Assembly (NCBI GenBank): GCA_002633005.1
Contig: NMRA01000395.1
Span: 168,994 to 232,993 of the forward strand
Origin: Phoronis australis
Lineage: Eukaryota; Animalia; Phoronida
Direction of reading: 5' to 3'
DNA: 64,000 bases
Under the pieces are notes generated by a model, which saw nothing but the letters and a program-made list of their open reading frames with translations, was not told the DNA's origin and made no database searches. Of the stretch, positions 1 to 11,136 are shown piece by piece. Made by a program: the position numbers and the translations under genes. The first letter of the stretch is position 1. Each line of letters opens with the position of its first letter.

Positions 1-485
1 GTCTAATTAAACCAGAGCACATGTTACGCTACAACGAAAAACTGCAGCCTTCGGTGTATTTCCCATTTGTATTTTCATCAGAAATTTTCGTCATGCGGGA
101 CTCGGTGACTCTTTCCATAGCTAAAGCGCCAAACAAGCTAAACGCAAGACAATCCAGTAACGGTCATGACATCGTCAAGACAAGGTAAAAATTACAAAGC
201 CCGTTACACCAATTCTCAGATTCAAGCCTTATAGAGTAGTAATCATCCGTTGAACGCTTTAGTGACACGGGAGTTGCGTCAATCCCAAATTGGCGTTTCT
301 AAAATTTTCCTTGTCCGAAAGTCGCGGGGCAAAAATCCGACATTTATGACATTGTCCGAAGTTCGAAGATCAAAAAACAGTTTTTGGACCTTGTACGAAT
401 TTCGTGGACTATGAAAAACTCATTTCGGAAATATTTATTCTTGGTCGAAAATGGCGGGCCGTCCGAAAATCACGCGACTTTACCG
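1..485 (+). mobile_element. Right-hand part of a non-autonomous TA-flanked DNA element (family also at 20.2-21.6 kb, 23.3 kb, 62.8-64 kb)
   Basis: 1-110 matches 63881-64000. 160-485 matches 20900-21201 and partly 23300-23445. Ends ...AAAATCACGCGACTTTACCG|TA, complementary to the TA|CGGTAAAGTCACATGG left end at 54711. Confidence 0.65.
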
Positions 486-1526
486 TAGCATTGTTATTCA
501 GTATGAAATAACTTTCCTTTTCTTGAGGCTAGACAAGTTGTATTGCTAATAGATAACAATCCTTTGGTTCTTTAATTTGATCTCAATCATTAGTAATGTT
601 TTATTCATTTGCTTCATTTGTAAGTTACATAATAGCTTAGTACGCTGATACAGCTGTTTTGTATTCTACCAAAAACCAGCTTCCTGCAGCTAAGACAGAT
701 TTCCAGGTATTGCATTGAGTGCCTACATATTAATTAGGCCTGTGGTTGACTGTGGCATTCCTGCTGTGGTGTTTTGGTGTCCTGTTATTGAGTGCATTGT
801 TGTTTGGTCAAACAAAACACACTGGGTGTTAGGTTTATCCCATTATACTTTTGATGCTGTTTCAAAGGTCAACTGTTCATGCTCTGTAATGAAATTGTAT
901 TGTATTAAGCATCATTTTTAAACTAACTCTAATTTTATACAATGGACTTGCTAAACTATTGCTAGTACTGCAATTTAAGAGTCACCAATATTTATTTGCT
1001 CACAGTCTTAATTTATCAGCATGCTTATGGTAAATACATTCCACTTTCGTGTTAACTGTCATAGCCACCAGGTGCCACTATATGTAGCCATAAGATTCTA
1101 GTTGAAAACTTGTTAACCTTGAATTTACAATTTGATGTTAAGGTAACCACTTGTCCTCTCAGGCTAGTGGTTTCCTTGGTAACTTGTCTGGCCCAAAACA
1201 TTGGTTGTCCTAGTCAGACAAACTACCATTAATTAAGGTGTAACCGTGACTTATGACCTCCATTTACAACCATACTGGCCATATAAACAAAAGGTGATAA
1301 CTTGCCTTATTGCACCACTCAATGTTTGTGACTACCACAATTTTATGACAGTTACAAAAAATAAGAATATTCGACACTTGCCAGTTTGTGAAATGGTATG
1401 TTCTAAAGTAATATTCTTACCACCGTAGCAATGCTCAGAATGGCTTTAAAAAACTGTTATTGTATGATCACTTGTTCTCTGTGATGTCTCTTGCAAATCA
1501 TGTCAATCTCGTTTTTCTTTGTTCAG

Positions 1527-1670
1527 TCGCACGTCTGAAATTGGGCGACAGCTTGCTCAAATTGGTGATGACATCAACGCAAGGTATGCTAACCACTTCA
1601 ACCAGATGATAAGCACGTTACACATAACACCAGATACAGCATACGAAGCCTTTGCTGGAGTGGCCAGGAA
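1527..1670 (+). CDS. BAK1: BAK-like Bcl-2 family protein, internal exon with BH3 (144 nt, phase 2-2)
   Basis: Polypyrimidine+CAG acceptor (gtttttctttgttcag) and GTAAGT donor at 1671. Translates RTSEIGRQLAQIGDDINARYANHFNQMISTLHITPDTAYEAFAGVAR(K), matching the human BAK BH3 region GRQLAIIGDDINRRY. Not in the ORF track. Confidence 0.95.
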
Positions 1671-2119
1671 GTAAGTAGGCGGAAAGACAGGTTGGGTGAA
1701 TGGAGTGGCTTCATCATTTTATTGTTGACCACTTGCATTTGTTTGTAGAGATGTCTTCACATCCTTCCCATCATATATGCTTTGTTTTGTCTTGACTGAT
1801 GATGAACTTTAAATCAGAGCATATGTAAACAAACATATTGTAGTAATCACCATTAGGGTTTATTGCCCTGAACTGTTCTCAAGACGAATGTTAATAATAC
1901 TCCAGTCAGCTAATGCATGTCGAGAACAGTCTGCACAGGCACACACCAAAATGCATTGTGAGGGGAAGAGACCAGAAATCAAAACAGTTTGAGCTCAAAT
2001 CAACCAATGTTTCCAAGGTCAAAAACAAATGTGATCAATAGTCTCTACGGATGTACTGAGATCATTTGTACTATCAAGCTTGCATTGACAACTTGGGGTG
2101 TCCTCTTCAGACTAGGACC

Positions 2120-3150
2120 ATATATTTATTTATTGTAAAACCTTAAGGGAGAACGAGAAAAAATGCAATGAATTACAGACAATAGACAAATTAAAATTAA
2201 ATTAAAATGCTCTGATCAGGAGTTTCAGAAGACAAAACTCAGTTGATGCACTATTACAGATATTATTCCAGCGAAGGAGTAGTCAGAGAGTCCATAATTC
2301 CACTATTTTGCTCAAATGATCTAGGTTGGCGTGGGACTGATGATCAACATAATAAACCAATAGGGGATAAGCACATGCCAATTATTCTAGCCGGGAGGGT
2401 CCCGGGAACAACCACTCTGTTCTGCAAGTACATGTGTACCTAAGTAAACCAGCACTACAATTGTCAATAACCGGCTGGATACTCGAAATGCCAAGGGCAC
2501 TCACCAATAAGGTATGGCGATTCTGTTGCCTAACACATAGAACAGTTTAACAATACTACCCTGAATTTACTCAAGTTTACATAAACTTGTCATTATTGTG
2601 TGCAGAGCATCAAAGCCATAAGTGCAGGCTGACATGCTGCGGTGTAAAGGTTAACCTTAAACTCACAGTTAAGAACAAGATAAGACAATCCATGTTGTCT
2701 AAGGGAGTAAAATGATTTTCTAAATTTCTGTTTTCTAGATCTAAATGATTTAATGGGTCACCAGACCCAGATAAAGTAACTTTTAAGATCTCCAGTTGAT
2801 CATTGTTAGTAACCAATTACCGGTACTCTACCATTCAAACATCAAGTTGGGTCATAAACAAAGTGGTAGTTTTCAGTAATCATTCGTTAGTTTGCTTTTT
2901 AACAAACCCAACGTTAATTATCCACTTCTTAGCTGCTACATGAACGTATATCAGTGAGATTCTGGAGACCAGTAATAGTTGTAGAACAAAGGGTTAAGTC
3001 GTCCGCAGAGGCAATCCAATTAAATGTGTAAGAGCCAAAACTGATACCTGAATCACAAAAGCTCAGATCTGACAGGTCACAAATGCAAACATTGAACAGC
3101 AGGGGAGACAATATGCTGTCCAGTCTTGTTCCTTGCGTGACTCTTGAGAA
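2120..3150 (-). mobile_element. Decayed LINE (element A), downstream RT part and 3' region
   Basis: Minus strand reads SRVTQGTRLDSILSPLLFNVCICDL...IASADDL (QGxxLSPLLFN and YADD-like motifs). Continues the RT fragment at 5790-6330. Confidence 0.75.
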
Positions 3151-5785
3151 AGAGAGAGAAACACTTTTATTTACATTAAATTATAATAATACATTGATTA
3201 AAAATTCGATTTCAATTAGGAGGCCTTCTAAAGGTTATTGACTGCTAATAAGAAGGTTCCCTGTACAAAATAAATAAATGGACAAGCAAAAATCAGTAGG
3301 AATAGGTGAGGAAATCATGTATACGTATAACATACCGGTAGTTAAGAAAACAAACTGCATTAGGACTGAAAGCAACCGATATGCCAGGAACCAAGAAGTG
3401 GACTGGCACAGCTCAGGAGATTTTGGGAATACAAGTAGATAGTGTTACATATGAAGCAATTGGAAATATGACAAACTGGATCGTAGTTGCTAATAATGAA
3501 ATTGGTTAAGAACCTGGAGAATGCTTGCAAAGAATGTGTTTTTATGCGCCCACAAATTTATATGTGGACGCATATTATTGCCGTCATCTCTGTCCGGGCG
3601 TCCAGTGTCTGCAGCTGTATCTCCTAAACCCTCACAGGTTCTTGATGAGATTTGCCAGTTGTGTTCCTATGAAGCTGACGACAGATGACGACGAATTTCG
3701 GACCTCTCCGACTACTGGTGTGCCCATTAGTGGCAATTTTAGTTTTTTACGTTTACCTCTATCTTCAGAAGTCCTCGACGTAGATTCATAGAATTTAGAA
3801 TTTAGGCATCTATTAGTGAAATGAAACTATCTTCTCGTTTTCGGATGGATTTGGCGTAATTTACACCACCTAGTGGTCATTTTTGCCGTTTTCGAGTCTG
3901 TTTTTTGGCGTCCACCCCTCTATCAACCAAACCGCTCAAAGGATGATTGTGAAAATTGGCATGTATGTGTTTATTATGAAGAGGAAGGTTAACAATGATT
4001 TTCCGATTTTGACTACTGTGGCGCCTCCTAGTGGCAGTTTTTTTTGCGCCTATGGCTGTATCTCCTAAACTGTTCGCAGGATCTTTACTTAATTTAGCAA
4101 GTGTATTTTATATGATGTTGACTATGGATGACGACGACTTTCGGACAGATCTGACTACTGCTGTGCCTCCTAGTGGCAATGTTAGTTTTTTAAGTTTTAC
4201 TCTGTATCTTCAAAGGTTCTCGACAGATTTTCATAAAATTTTACATAAAGGCATCTATTGGTGTGATGACGCTATCTTTCTGTTTTTGGATGGAATCGAG
4301 GAGTTTTGCACCACCTAGTGGCCATTTTTGCTGTTTTCAAATCTTGTTTTTGGCGTCCACCCCTGTATCAACCAAATCATTTGAATATATGTTACCAGTG
4401 AAGACAACCTTTGATGATGATGATGATGATGACTGAATACTGTGGCGCCTCCTAGTGGTAATTTTGTTTGCACCCATAGTTGTATCTCGTAAACCCACTA
4501 CAGGATCTTTACTAAATTTAGTAAGTGTATTTATATGAAGATAACAACAGATGACGACGACTTTCAGGCATATCCAACGGACACTAGTGGCTATTTCATT
4601 TTATTCTGTTTTCCTTTGTTTCTCTGAAATATGGCATGTTCCTGTTTTTGGATTAATTGTATGTTTTTGTGCCATCTAGAGGCCATTTTTTATGATACAA
4701 ATAAATAACCCTAAAAGCACACCATTTGCAATGCATTCGTGGGCGCATTTCAGCGCTCCGCGTTGCTGTTGTTATTATATTTAGAGCAGAGACTGGTATT
4801 TCGTTGTCGTTTATTAGTCGAGGAATTTCAAATCTAATACATGCTGTTGATGAGAATTTGTTGGATGGAGGAATTACAATTTTGGGTTGTATTGTCAGAA
4901 CAGCAGCTGAGTATTGATTCAGGCATGTAGGAGTTTTAATGTGTTGGGTTGATTTATATTACATGGGTTTACTAAAGAAGTTGTTTGTGTAAAAATACTT
5001 AGGAAGCTGATTATTGAGGAATTTGTAGTAAAATTTTGCAGTTGAGATTTTAAAGATGTCTTGAAGTAGAGGGAGGCGAAGGTCCTTACATGTGGACATT
5101 TGATATATTCCGAAGGATTCTCTTCTGGGTTGTCTGGAGTTTCCTAGTGTTGCCAAAACCCCAAGTTGCAATGCCATAGTTTAAATGTGGGAGGACAAGT
5201 GAATTATGTATTAACTTAAGAGCTGGAAGAGGAAGATAAGATTTCAATTTATAAATTAGTCCATCGAGATTGTTAAGTTTGTTTGAGATGAGGTTTATGT
5301 GGGTGGACAATGAGAGGTTTTTGTCAACGGTAATACCAACGAAAGGAAAACTGTTCACATAACATATGGTTTTGCTATTTATATAAATGGTGGGAATAAT
5401 ACATTTTTCAATTTTCTTTTGGGGGTAGTGGAAGATCATTAATTTACTTTTTGATGTGTTAAATGAAAGTTTGTTCACGGAAAATCAGTCTGAAATAGAT
5501 TTAAGGTTGTTGTTGATGGTGGCTGATTGCTGTAAAGTGTTGGGAAGATTCAGTCAGTTTGTAAGGTGTGACGAGGCAAGTGTCGTCAGCATAAAGAAGT
5601 GTATCCATGGGAGAAGAAAACGAAAGATCATTTATGTAAATTAAGAAGAGACTTGGGCCAAGGAGAGAGCCTTGGGGAGCTGCGGTAGATATTGGTAACC
5701 AAATGGAAGTTGTATCTCTTAGTGAAACATATTGGGTGCGGTTTGAGAGATTTTTAAACAGTGTATATTCAACTGAAATAGCTAT
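3150..5785 (-). mobile_element. Decayed 5'-truncated CR1/L2-group LINE (element B), split by the HINE at 3539-4773
   Basis: Frameshifted RT pieces: RTQYV...APQGSLLGPSLFLIYINDL...LLYADDT (5501-5760), NKLSFNTSKSKLMIF...HNSLVLPHLNYG (5086-5478). Putative 3' end with AATAAA and (TC)n tail near 3150-3172. Confidence 0.8.
3539..4773 (+). mobile_element. Non-autonomous Helentron-like element (HINE/DINE-1 architecture), family 1, full length
   Basis: T-run, 5' hairpin ATGCGCCCACA..TGTGGACGCAT, GTCC-like stretch, ~145-bp central tandem units, 3' subterminal IR GTGGGCGCAT, small hairpin CAGCGC-TCC-GCGTTG, end CTGTTGTT. Same ends at 55945-57024. Confidence 0.8.
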
Positions 5786-5789
5786 TCCA

Positions 5790-6330
5790 ATTGATAACGC
5801 ATTATTCCACCTAATATCCATATCAAGATTACTTTTTATACCAGCTGTGTACAGCGCACGCCAATACGCTCCTTAAAGATATTACCAACTTGAGCTCATA
5901 AAACACTCTGATGCCAAATACAGGCAAAGCATGTCTCTTCATCTAAACTACAAATGAACTGGTTAGAATAAGTGTATCTTGAATAATGAATAAGATCATT
6001 GAGGTGAGATACACCGTGAGAAATGGAGTAACCGGCTCTGAAGTCTAACTGGTTAGGAGACAGTAAACATCACGAGGAACGACAATGATCTCAAACAATT
6101 TGGTGAACACCAAAAATAAAGTTATGGGCCACTAGTTGTATGCAACAGTGGGGTTCAGGGTAGATTTCTTCAACACTGGGACCAATACACCAGTACATAG
6201 GACCTTAGGTATACATTTACATCGCAAAGCATACGGGTAAAGCCTAGATAAATGTTTAAGAACTATGCCAGACTTGCCATGAATGAAGTATTCACCCCCT
6301 AACAGTGTCAAGAGGAGGGGAGCTGTTCTG
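5790..6330 (-). mobile_element. Decayed LINE (element A), N-terminal RT part
   Basis: GVLVPVLKKSTLNPTVAYN*WPIT (xxPxxKK...NYRPI-like) and ...DIRWNNALS, which normally precedes the QG motif found at ~3140. Confidence 0.7.
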
Positions 6331-6998
6331 AAGTGTATCAATACATTTATCAACCATGTCTGGGCTAACAAATGTCATTACCAAGACCATTGGCAGACTG
6401 TCTCTACAGCTTGCTAAACATGGGCTTGACACCCTTGTAACAATTATAAACCTCACTGAAAAGGAGTCTGCTGTTATCAACCCACAACTGCCACCAAAAT
6501 CTCTTAGTATCTCATTTTAGTTTAATCTGGGCACCAAAACTTTTGGGCTCATACTAAGCTATCTCGCGACCAATTTCCTTTCTTCACTTACGAACAGTTA
6601 GGCTGAAACCTGTCACAAAGGGATCCGGAATGGCCGACATCGAGATTGCAAAGAGTTGGAATTTCCAAGTTTCTTCAAGTTGTTATGATGTGATAACGTA
6701 TAGCATAATTATTTTCTCATTACTGTGTGACAGCCTATAGTAGCATTATTGTTATTGCTATTTGAAATGGCCAATCCAATGAATCAAACGTCATGTTCCA
6801 ATGCCCCTTGTTGAGCACATTTAGCCTGCATGAATTAATTGTTTTGGATGGTTGTGCTTGCAAATGGCACAACACGTTAAACTGTTAACAAAGACAACTT
6901 TCCACTTTTCAAACAAACATTGATCCTGTGCATGTATCGTTCAAATTGGTTACTAGCTTAATTCGGGATTATGATTTTGCATTGACCGAGTTGTATGC

Positions 6999-7635
6999 GA
7001 GGATCGTTTCATGAAACTTTTTCTCTCTTAACTCAGACTGAAATCGGGCTACCTTAAGACCAAAATATCAAATTTTTAGGACCAAAATGAAGATTGAAAA
7101 TGGTCTGTGCTAAGACTGAAAGTTAACCTGGTTCGAAGTTGAATCTAGATTGGATGTTTGGTCTAAATGACCCAAATCTGGGACTATTATCTTATGTCAA
7201 GTTGAAGATTGTCAGCTTTCAATTTGAGAACTAACAAGGACTGTAGAGGCAATGCAGTGCGACTTACCTGCATGAGTATAAGGCCAATTTCCAGTCATAC
7301 CATGGTGTTCTCAAGTAATCAAGATTCCAAGGTGTAAATAAAACCCCATTTAGTGTTCCAAGAACAAGATTATTTTTCAAACTGTATTTCGCACACTAGC
7401 TTCGTGATTTTACAACAGATGCCAAAAGCACAATTTGTATGCTCACCTATGTCAAAAACCAACATAATTTCTGTCTTAGTTAAGACCCATGACCAAAATC
7501 CGACTTAGTGTTCATGAAACTGTCTTTCCTCTGTTTTTGTCTTCGGTTTTAACTTAGCCCGAATTCCGATTGAACTTGGACAAATTTTTGGTGTTACGTC
7601 ATCAGTGTTAAGTTAGTTTTCATGATACACGCCTC
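6999..7635. mobile_element. Degenerate MITE-like element
   Basis: Imperfect terminal inverted repeats GAGGATCGTTTCATGAAAC / GTTTTCATGATACACGCCTC, with internal AAGAC-containing short repeats. Confidence 0.4.
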
Positions 7636-8048
7636 TGGATTAAACAAAACCTGTTAAGAACTTTTGATCAAAAGGTATAAAAAAAACTTTCACGAAATTG
7701 TGAAGGAGTGTTCCAAACATGCAGAGCCATTGTAGTTTGGATACAACACATGGCTTTCAAGCATAATGGTTCATTTGTGCACAAAGTGAATTAAGTTCGT
7801 TGATGGATATTCATGAACTTTGACTTATGTGTTCCTTGACTGAGAAGAGCATAACTGGTGTTTATCTTTAGAGTAATCTGACTGCAGTGGAACTCTGTAG
7901 CAGTAAATTGTCACTGTGGCTGAATACTTGTTATATACCACCACATCCAATGAACGTGGTGAGCACATAATAACACTCTACGTTGCTCTTGATGTGAAAG
8001 TAGGGTGTTGTTGTTACATACGGTAAAATGCTATGTTGGCTGTTGCAG

Positions 8049-8229
8049 ACTTTTCGCTGGAGGTATCAACTGGGGGAGAATTGTGACACTACTGTGTTTT
8101 GGCTATAGGATAGCCCTAGTGGTGCTGGAGAAGGGACTCCACTCTTTCTTCGAGAAGATAATCAAGTTTGTGGTCACATTCATCGCAAAAGAAAAGATAG
8201 CTGCCTGGATAGCCAAGCAAGGGGGTTGG
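8049..8229 (+). CDS. BAK1: BAK-like protein, internal exon with BH1 and BH2 (181 nt, phase 2-0)
   Basis: Acceptor tgttgcag, donor GTGAGT at 8230. Phase joins the previous exon (AA+A=K). LFAGGINWGRIVTLLCFGYRIALVVLEKGLHSFFEKIIKFVVTFIAKEKIAAWIAKQGGW contains NWGR (BH1) and WIxxxGGW (BH2). Confidence 0.96.
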
Positions 8230-8606
8230 GTGAGTGGTAAATGACTGGACCATACTGTAGAGTTGGGTGACTGGTGAATGACTGGACCATACTGTAGAGT
8301 TTGGTGAGTGGTGAAGAACTGGACCAAACTGTAGAGGTTTGAATGAGTGGTAAATGACTGGACCAAACTGTGGAGGGTTGGGTGAGTGGTGAAGGACTGG
8401 ACCAAACTGTGGGGGTTGGGTGAGTGGTAAATGACTGGACCATGCTGTAGAGTTGGGTGAGTGGTAAATGACTAGACCAAACTGTGGGGGTTGAGTGAGT
8501 GGTAAATGACTGGACCATGCTGTAGAGTTGGGTGAGTGGTAAATGACTAGACCAAACTGTGGGGGTTGGGTGAGTGGTAAATGACTGGACCATGCTGTAG
8601 AGTTGG
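8224..8606 (+). repeat. ~38-bp minisatellite, ~10 units, overlapping the BAK exon end and splice donor
   Basis: Unit GTTGGGTGAGTGGTAAATGACTGGACCA(T/A)(A/G)CTGT(AGA/GGGG). Explains ORFs 8103-8405 and 8180-8623. Confidence 0.95.
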
Positions 8607-9322
8607 ATGGTTCTGTTGAGCAAGCTCAGAGATGAGTGTCCTAATAGTTAATAATTTATGTGNTTTTTCTTTTTTTGCATCACAGTCAACTGTTACACGA
8701 CAAGTTAAATGTAACTAAGACAATGTGGCATACCGGTACTATCCTTCATTAATGACCTGCTTGTCTCAAGGGATTGTCAGTCACCTCTTTGGGCAGAAAT
8801 CTATCCTTTTCTTGATCTGAGTTCTGTGGTCATGGCTGGCAAGCATGGTAAAAAATACTTCAGTTTGGGACACACTATGGCAGACAGGTGAAATTTCATT
8901 CTGTCAAATTTCGCAACAAAAATAACTTTTCAAGAAAATTTAGTTTGCATTTAGCGTGTTTTGTGTGGTGTAGCCATTACCTAGCAACATTTTGTAAAAT
9001 TTCTTCCATTTGCAACAATTTGGTGAAGCTCTGAAAAATAGAGATGTGCCAGTTTTAGCAATTATTTTTTCCCAAATTGAAAAATGTTTACTATACTTTG
9101 AGGTATGTTTAAACACAAAATTGCTCGATGCAAAAACTGCTTTCCTCAAGATTGTCAAACACTTCAAGCATGTTTTAATAGTTTTAGTAATATGTTTACA
9201 TTAGTGTTTTATTTGTTTAATATGAAGCTGCTTTTAAGTAACTGCATTTGAAAGGCAACAGTTAATGAATGTAATCCTAGAAGGTCTATGTTGTTATTCA
9301 TTTGTCTGTCTTTACATTGTAG

Positions 9323-9436
9323 GTAGCTGCATTACGCTATGTACCAGAGACTGTTGGTTGGCCAGCCTTTGTTGCTGTCTCTATGCTAGCCTGTTTAACA
9401 GTGTTTGTGGTCTACAAGATGTCAAAACAGAGCTAG
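9323..9436 (+). CDS. BAK1: BAK-like protein, last coding exon with C-terminal transmembrane anchor
   Basis: Acceptor tttacattgtag, phase 0. VAALRYVPETVGWPAFVAVSMLACLTVFVVYKMSKQS*: GGW|VAAL as in human BAK, followed by a hydrophobic stretch and basic tail. Confidence 0.92.
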   Translation, partial: VAALRYVPETVGWPAFVAVSMLACLTVFVVYKMSKQS

Positions 9437-9976
9437 AACTGCTTCATCTTCATCTGCACTGTTTCCAATTTGTTAGAAACTCCTACCGCACGTATGTGGC
9501 CCAGTTCATTATGTTGTCTGTGATTCAAAGACATTACAACTATGCTCATCTCACACTCTTCGTTGTGTAAATGTTCAAGTCAAGGTAATACCGCTCAAAG
9601 GCCATCATTTTGGAAAGTTCAGGAATCATTGTCTTACACCAAAACAGTTCCCTTGGCATTTTGGTCTCTGTTATTTGTCTCAGTCGTGCTAACTTCAAAC
9701 TCCGGTTATTGCTACTGTTAGTCTTGGTTGTAGGTGATGTTTGCCCAGGACTCCATGCATTGATTCACAAGTGTTGGTATAAGGTGACGTTCTCCCAGGA
9801 CTCAATATACTGCTACATCAGTCTTGTGATGATGTTAGATTAGGACTTAATGTATTGCTCTACCAGTTTTAGTCAAGATGATTTTAGCGCAGGAGTTTCC
9901 CCACTTTTGGTATAAAGTACACATATCTCCCTCCTCCCTAAGTCCTTAGCTGTTTAAAGAGGCAATCAACCCGTAT

Positions 9977-9982
9977 AATAAA
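9977..9982 (+). promoter_or_regulatory. Candidate polyadenylation signal of BAK
   Basis: AATAAA ~540 nt after the stop codon, followed by T-rich sequence. Not verifiable without transcripts. Confidence 0.3.
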
Positions 9983-10604
9983 ATTAAATTTTAATTTAGA
10001 GCACTTACCGCTATAAAATTGGTCTCAACTTACTCAAATTAGAAGTGATTTCTGGTTTTGCAAATTACTGACAGTTAGGTATTGCTTGAGAACATGCTTT
10101 GCGACTAGTCTGCTTGTAGACCCTGATCTGCACCAATAAGGAACTGCTTGTAGACCCTGATCTGCACCAATAATGAACTGTCAGTTCCTTCCCAGTCTTA
10201 TAATGCTACGTGATCTTAAATTACAAAGTCTGACTAAAATGTACTTGCACTATAATGACAACAGGTACAGTTTAGTTCATAGGGCCAAATGGTGGTTTCC
10301 ATTAAGTTTTCAAGTATAACTTTTGTACTTCAAAATCCTGATCTGACTGGACTCTAGTTATTCCACTGCATTGTTCCGTGTGCTCCATGTTATTCTGCTA
10401 CCTGTTGCTGTCCATCGGGAGTAATTTCAATGTAGAATGTCTTGTACTTTATTGGTGTACTGTAACTGGGTACTTGTTTGTAAGCAGGTAAAAACAAAAA
10501 TCGAAACAGTGAGACCACAATGTGCTGTTGACATACAAGTGCTAAAATTACAGTATTATATTTTTGTGTGCATATTTAGAAACAGAGAATGTGTTGAGAT
10601 GAGT

Positions 10605-10790
10605 GACAAATGAGAGACTGAATATGTGTAGCTACACGTGATTGGACTGAATTTTTGTAGCCCAAAGCAATTGGACTGTGAATATGCGTAGCCCCAGGCG
10701 ATTTGGCTGTGAATATGCATTGTCTCATGCAACTGGACTGTGAATATGTATATCCTCAGGTGATTGGACAGTGAATAGTTTACATGAGTC
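10605..10790 (+). repeat. Degenerate ~30-bp tandem repeat, ~6 units
   Basis: Recurrent TTGGACTGTGAATATG core. Confidence 0.75.
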
Positions 10791-11136
10791 AACTAATGGG
10801 TGTCAGGGCTACTTTCGGTGTTATGTGTTTCCTTAAATTTCAGTGCTGGCACAATATATGTTGTACTGTTTTCTGTAACAGAATACCAAAGTTTACTTTT
10901 GTAAATTTGTTCATTAGTGTGGATCATAAATAGCATAATTGCAAGAACATACACTTGTCTATTGTGTATTCCTGAACTTACTCATTAAGGCTTGTTGTAA
11001 GATGAATTAACTCAAATTGTTATTGTGTGGTAACACTTGATTTTTAATTTGCCAATAATGTGATTTGACTACCACTGTATAGAGCCCTCTCATGTCAAGG
11101 CATGGAAAGGTGTTGTTTTTGCTCTTGAAACTGTGA

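Noticed and set aside
1-110. Match between window start and window end suggesting circularity or a terminal repeat
   Set aside because: Copies are diverged and belong to a dispersed repeat family with other members in the window; the position at both edges is coincidental.
8005-8244. 79-aa ORF as a stand-alone gene
   Set aside because: Only 8049-8229 is coding (BAK exon); the flanks are intron read-through.
8103-8623. Repetitive minus-strand ORFs
   Set aside because: Translation of the 38-bp minisatellite.
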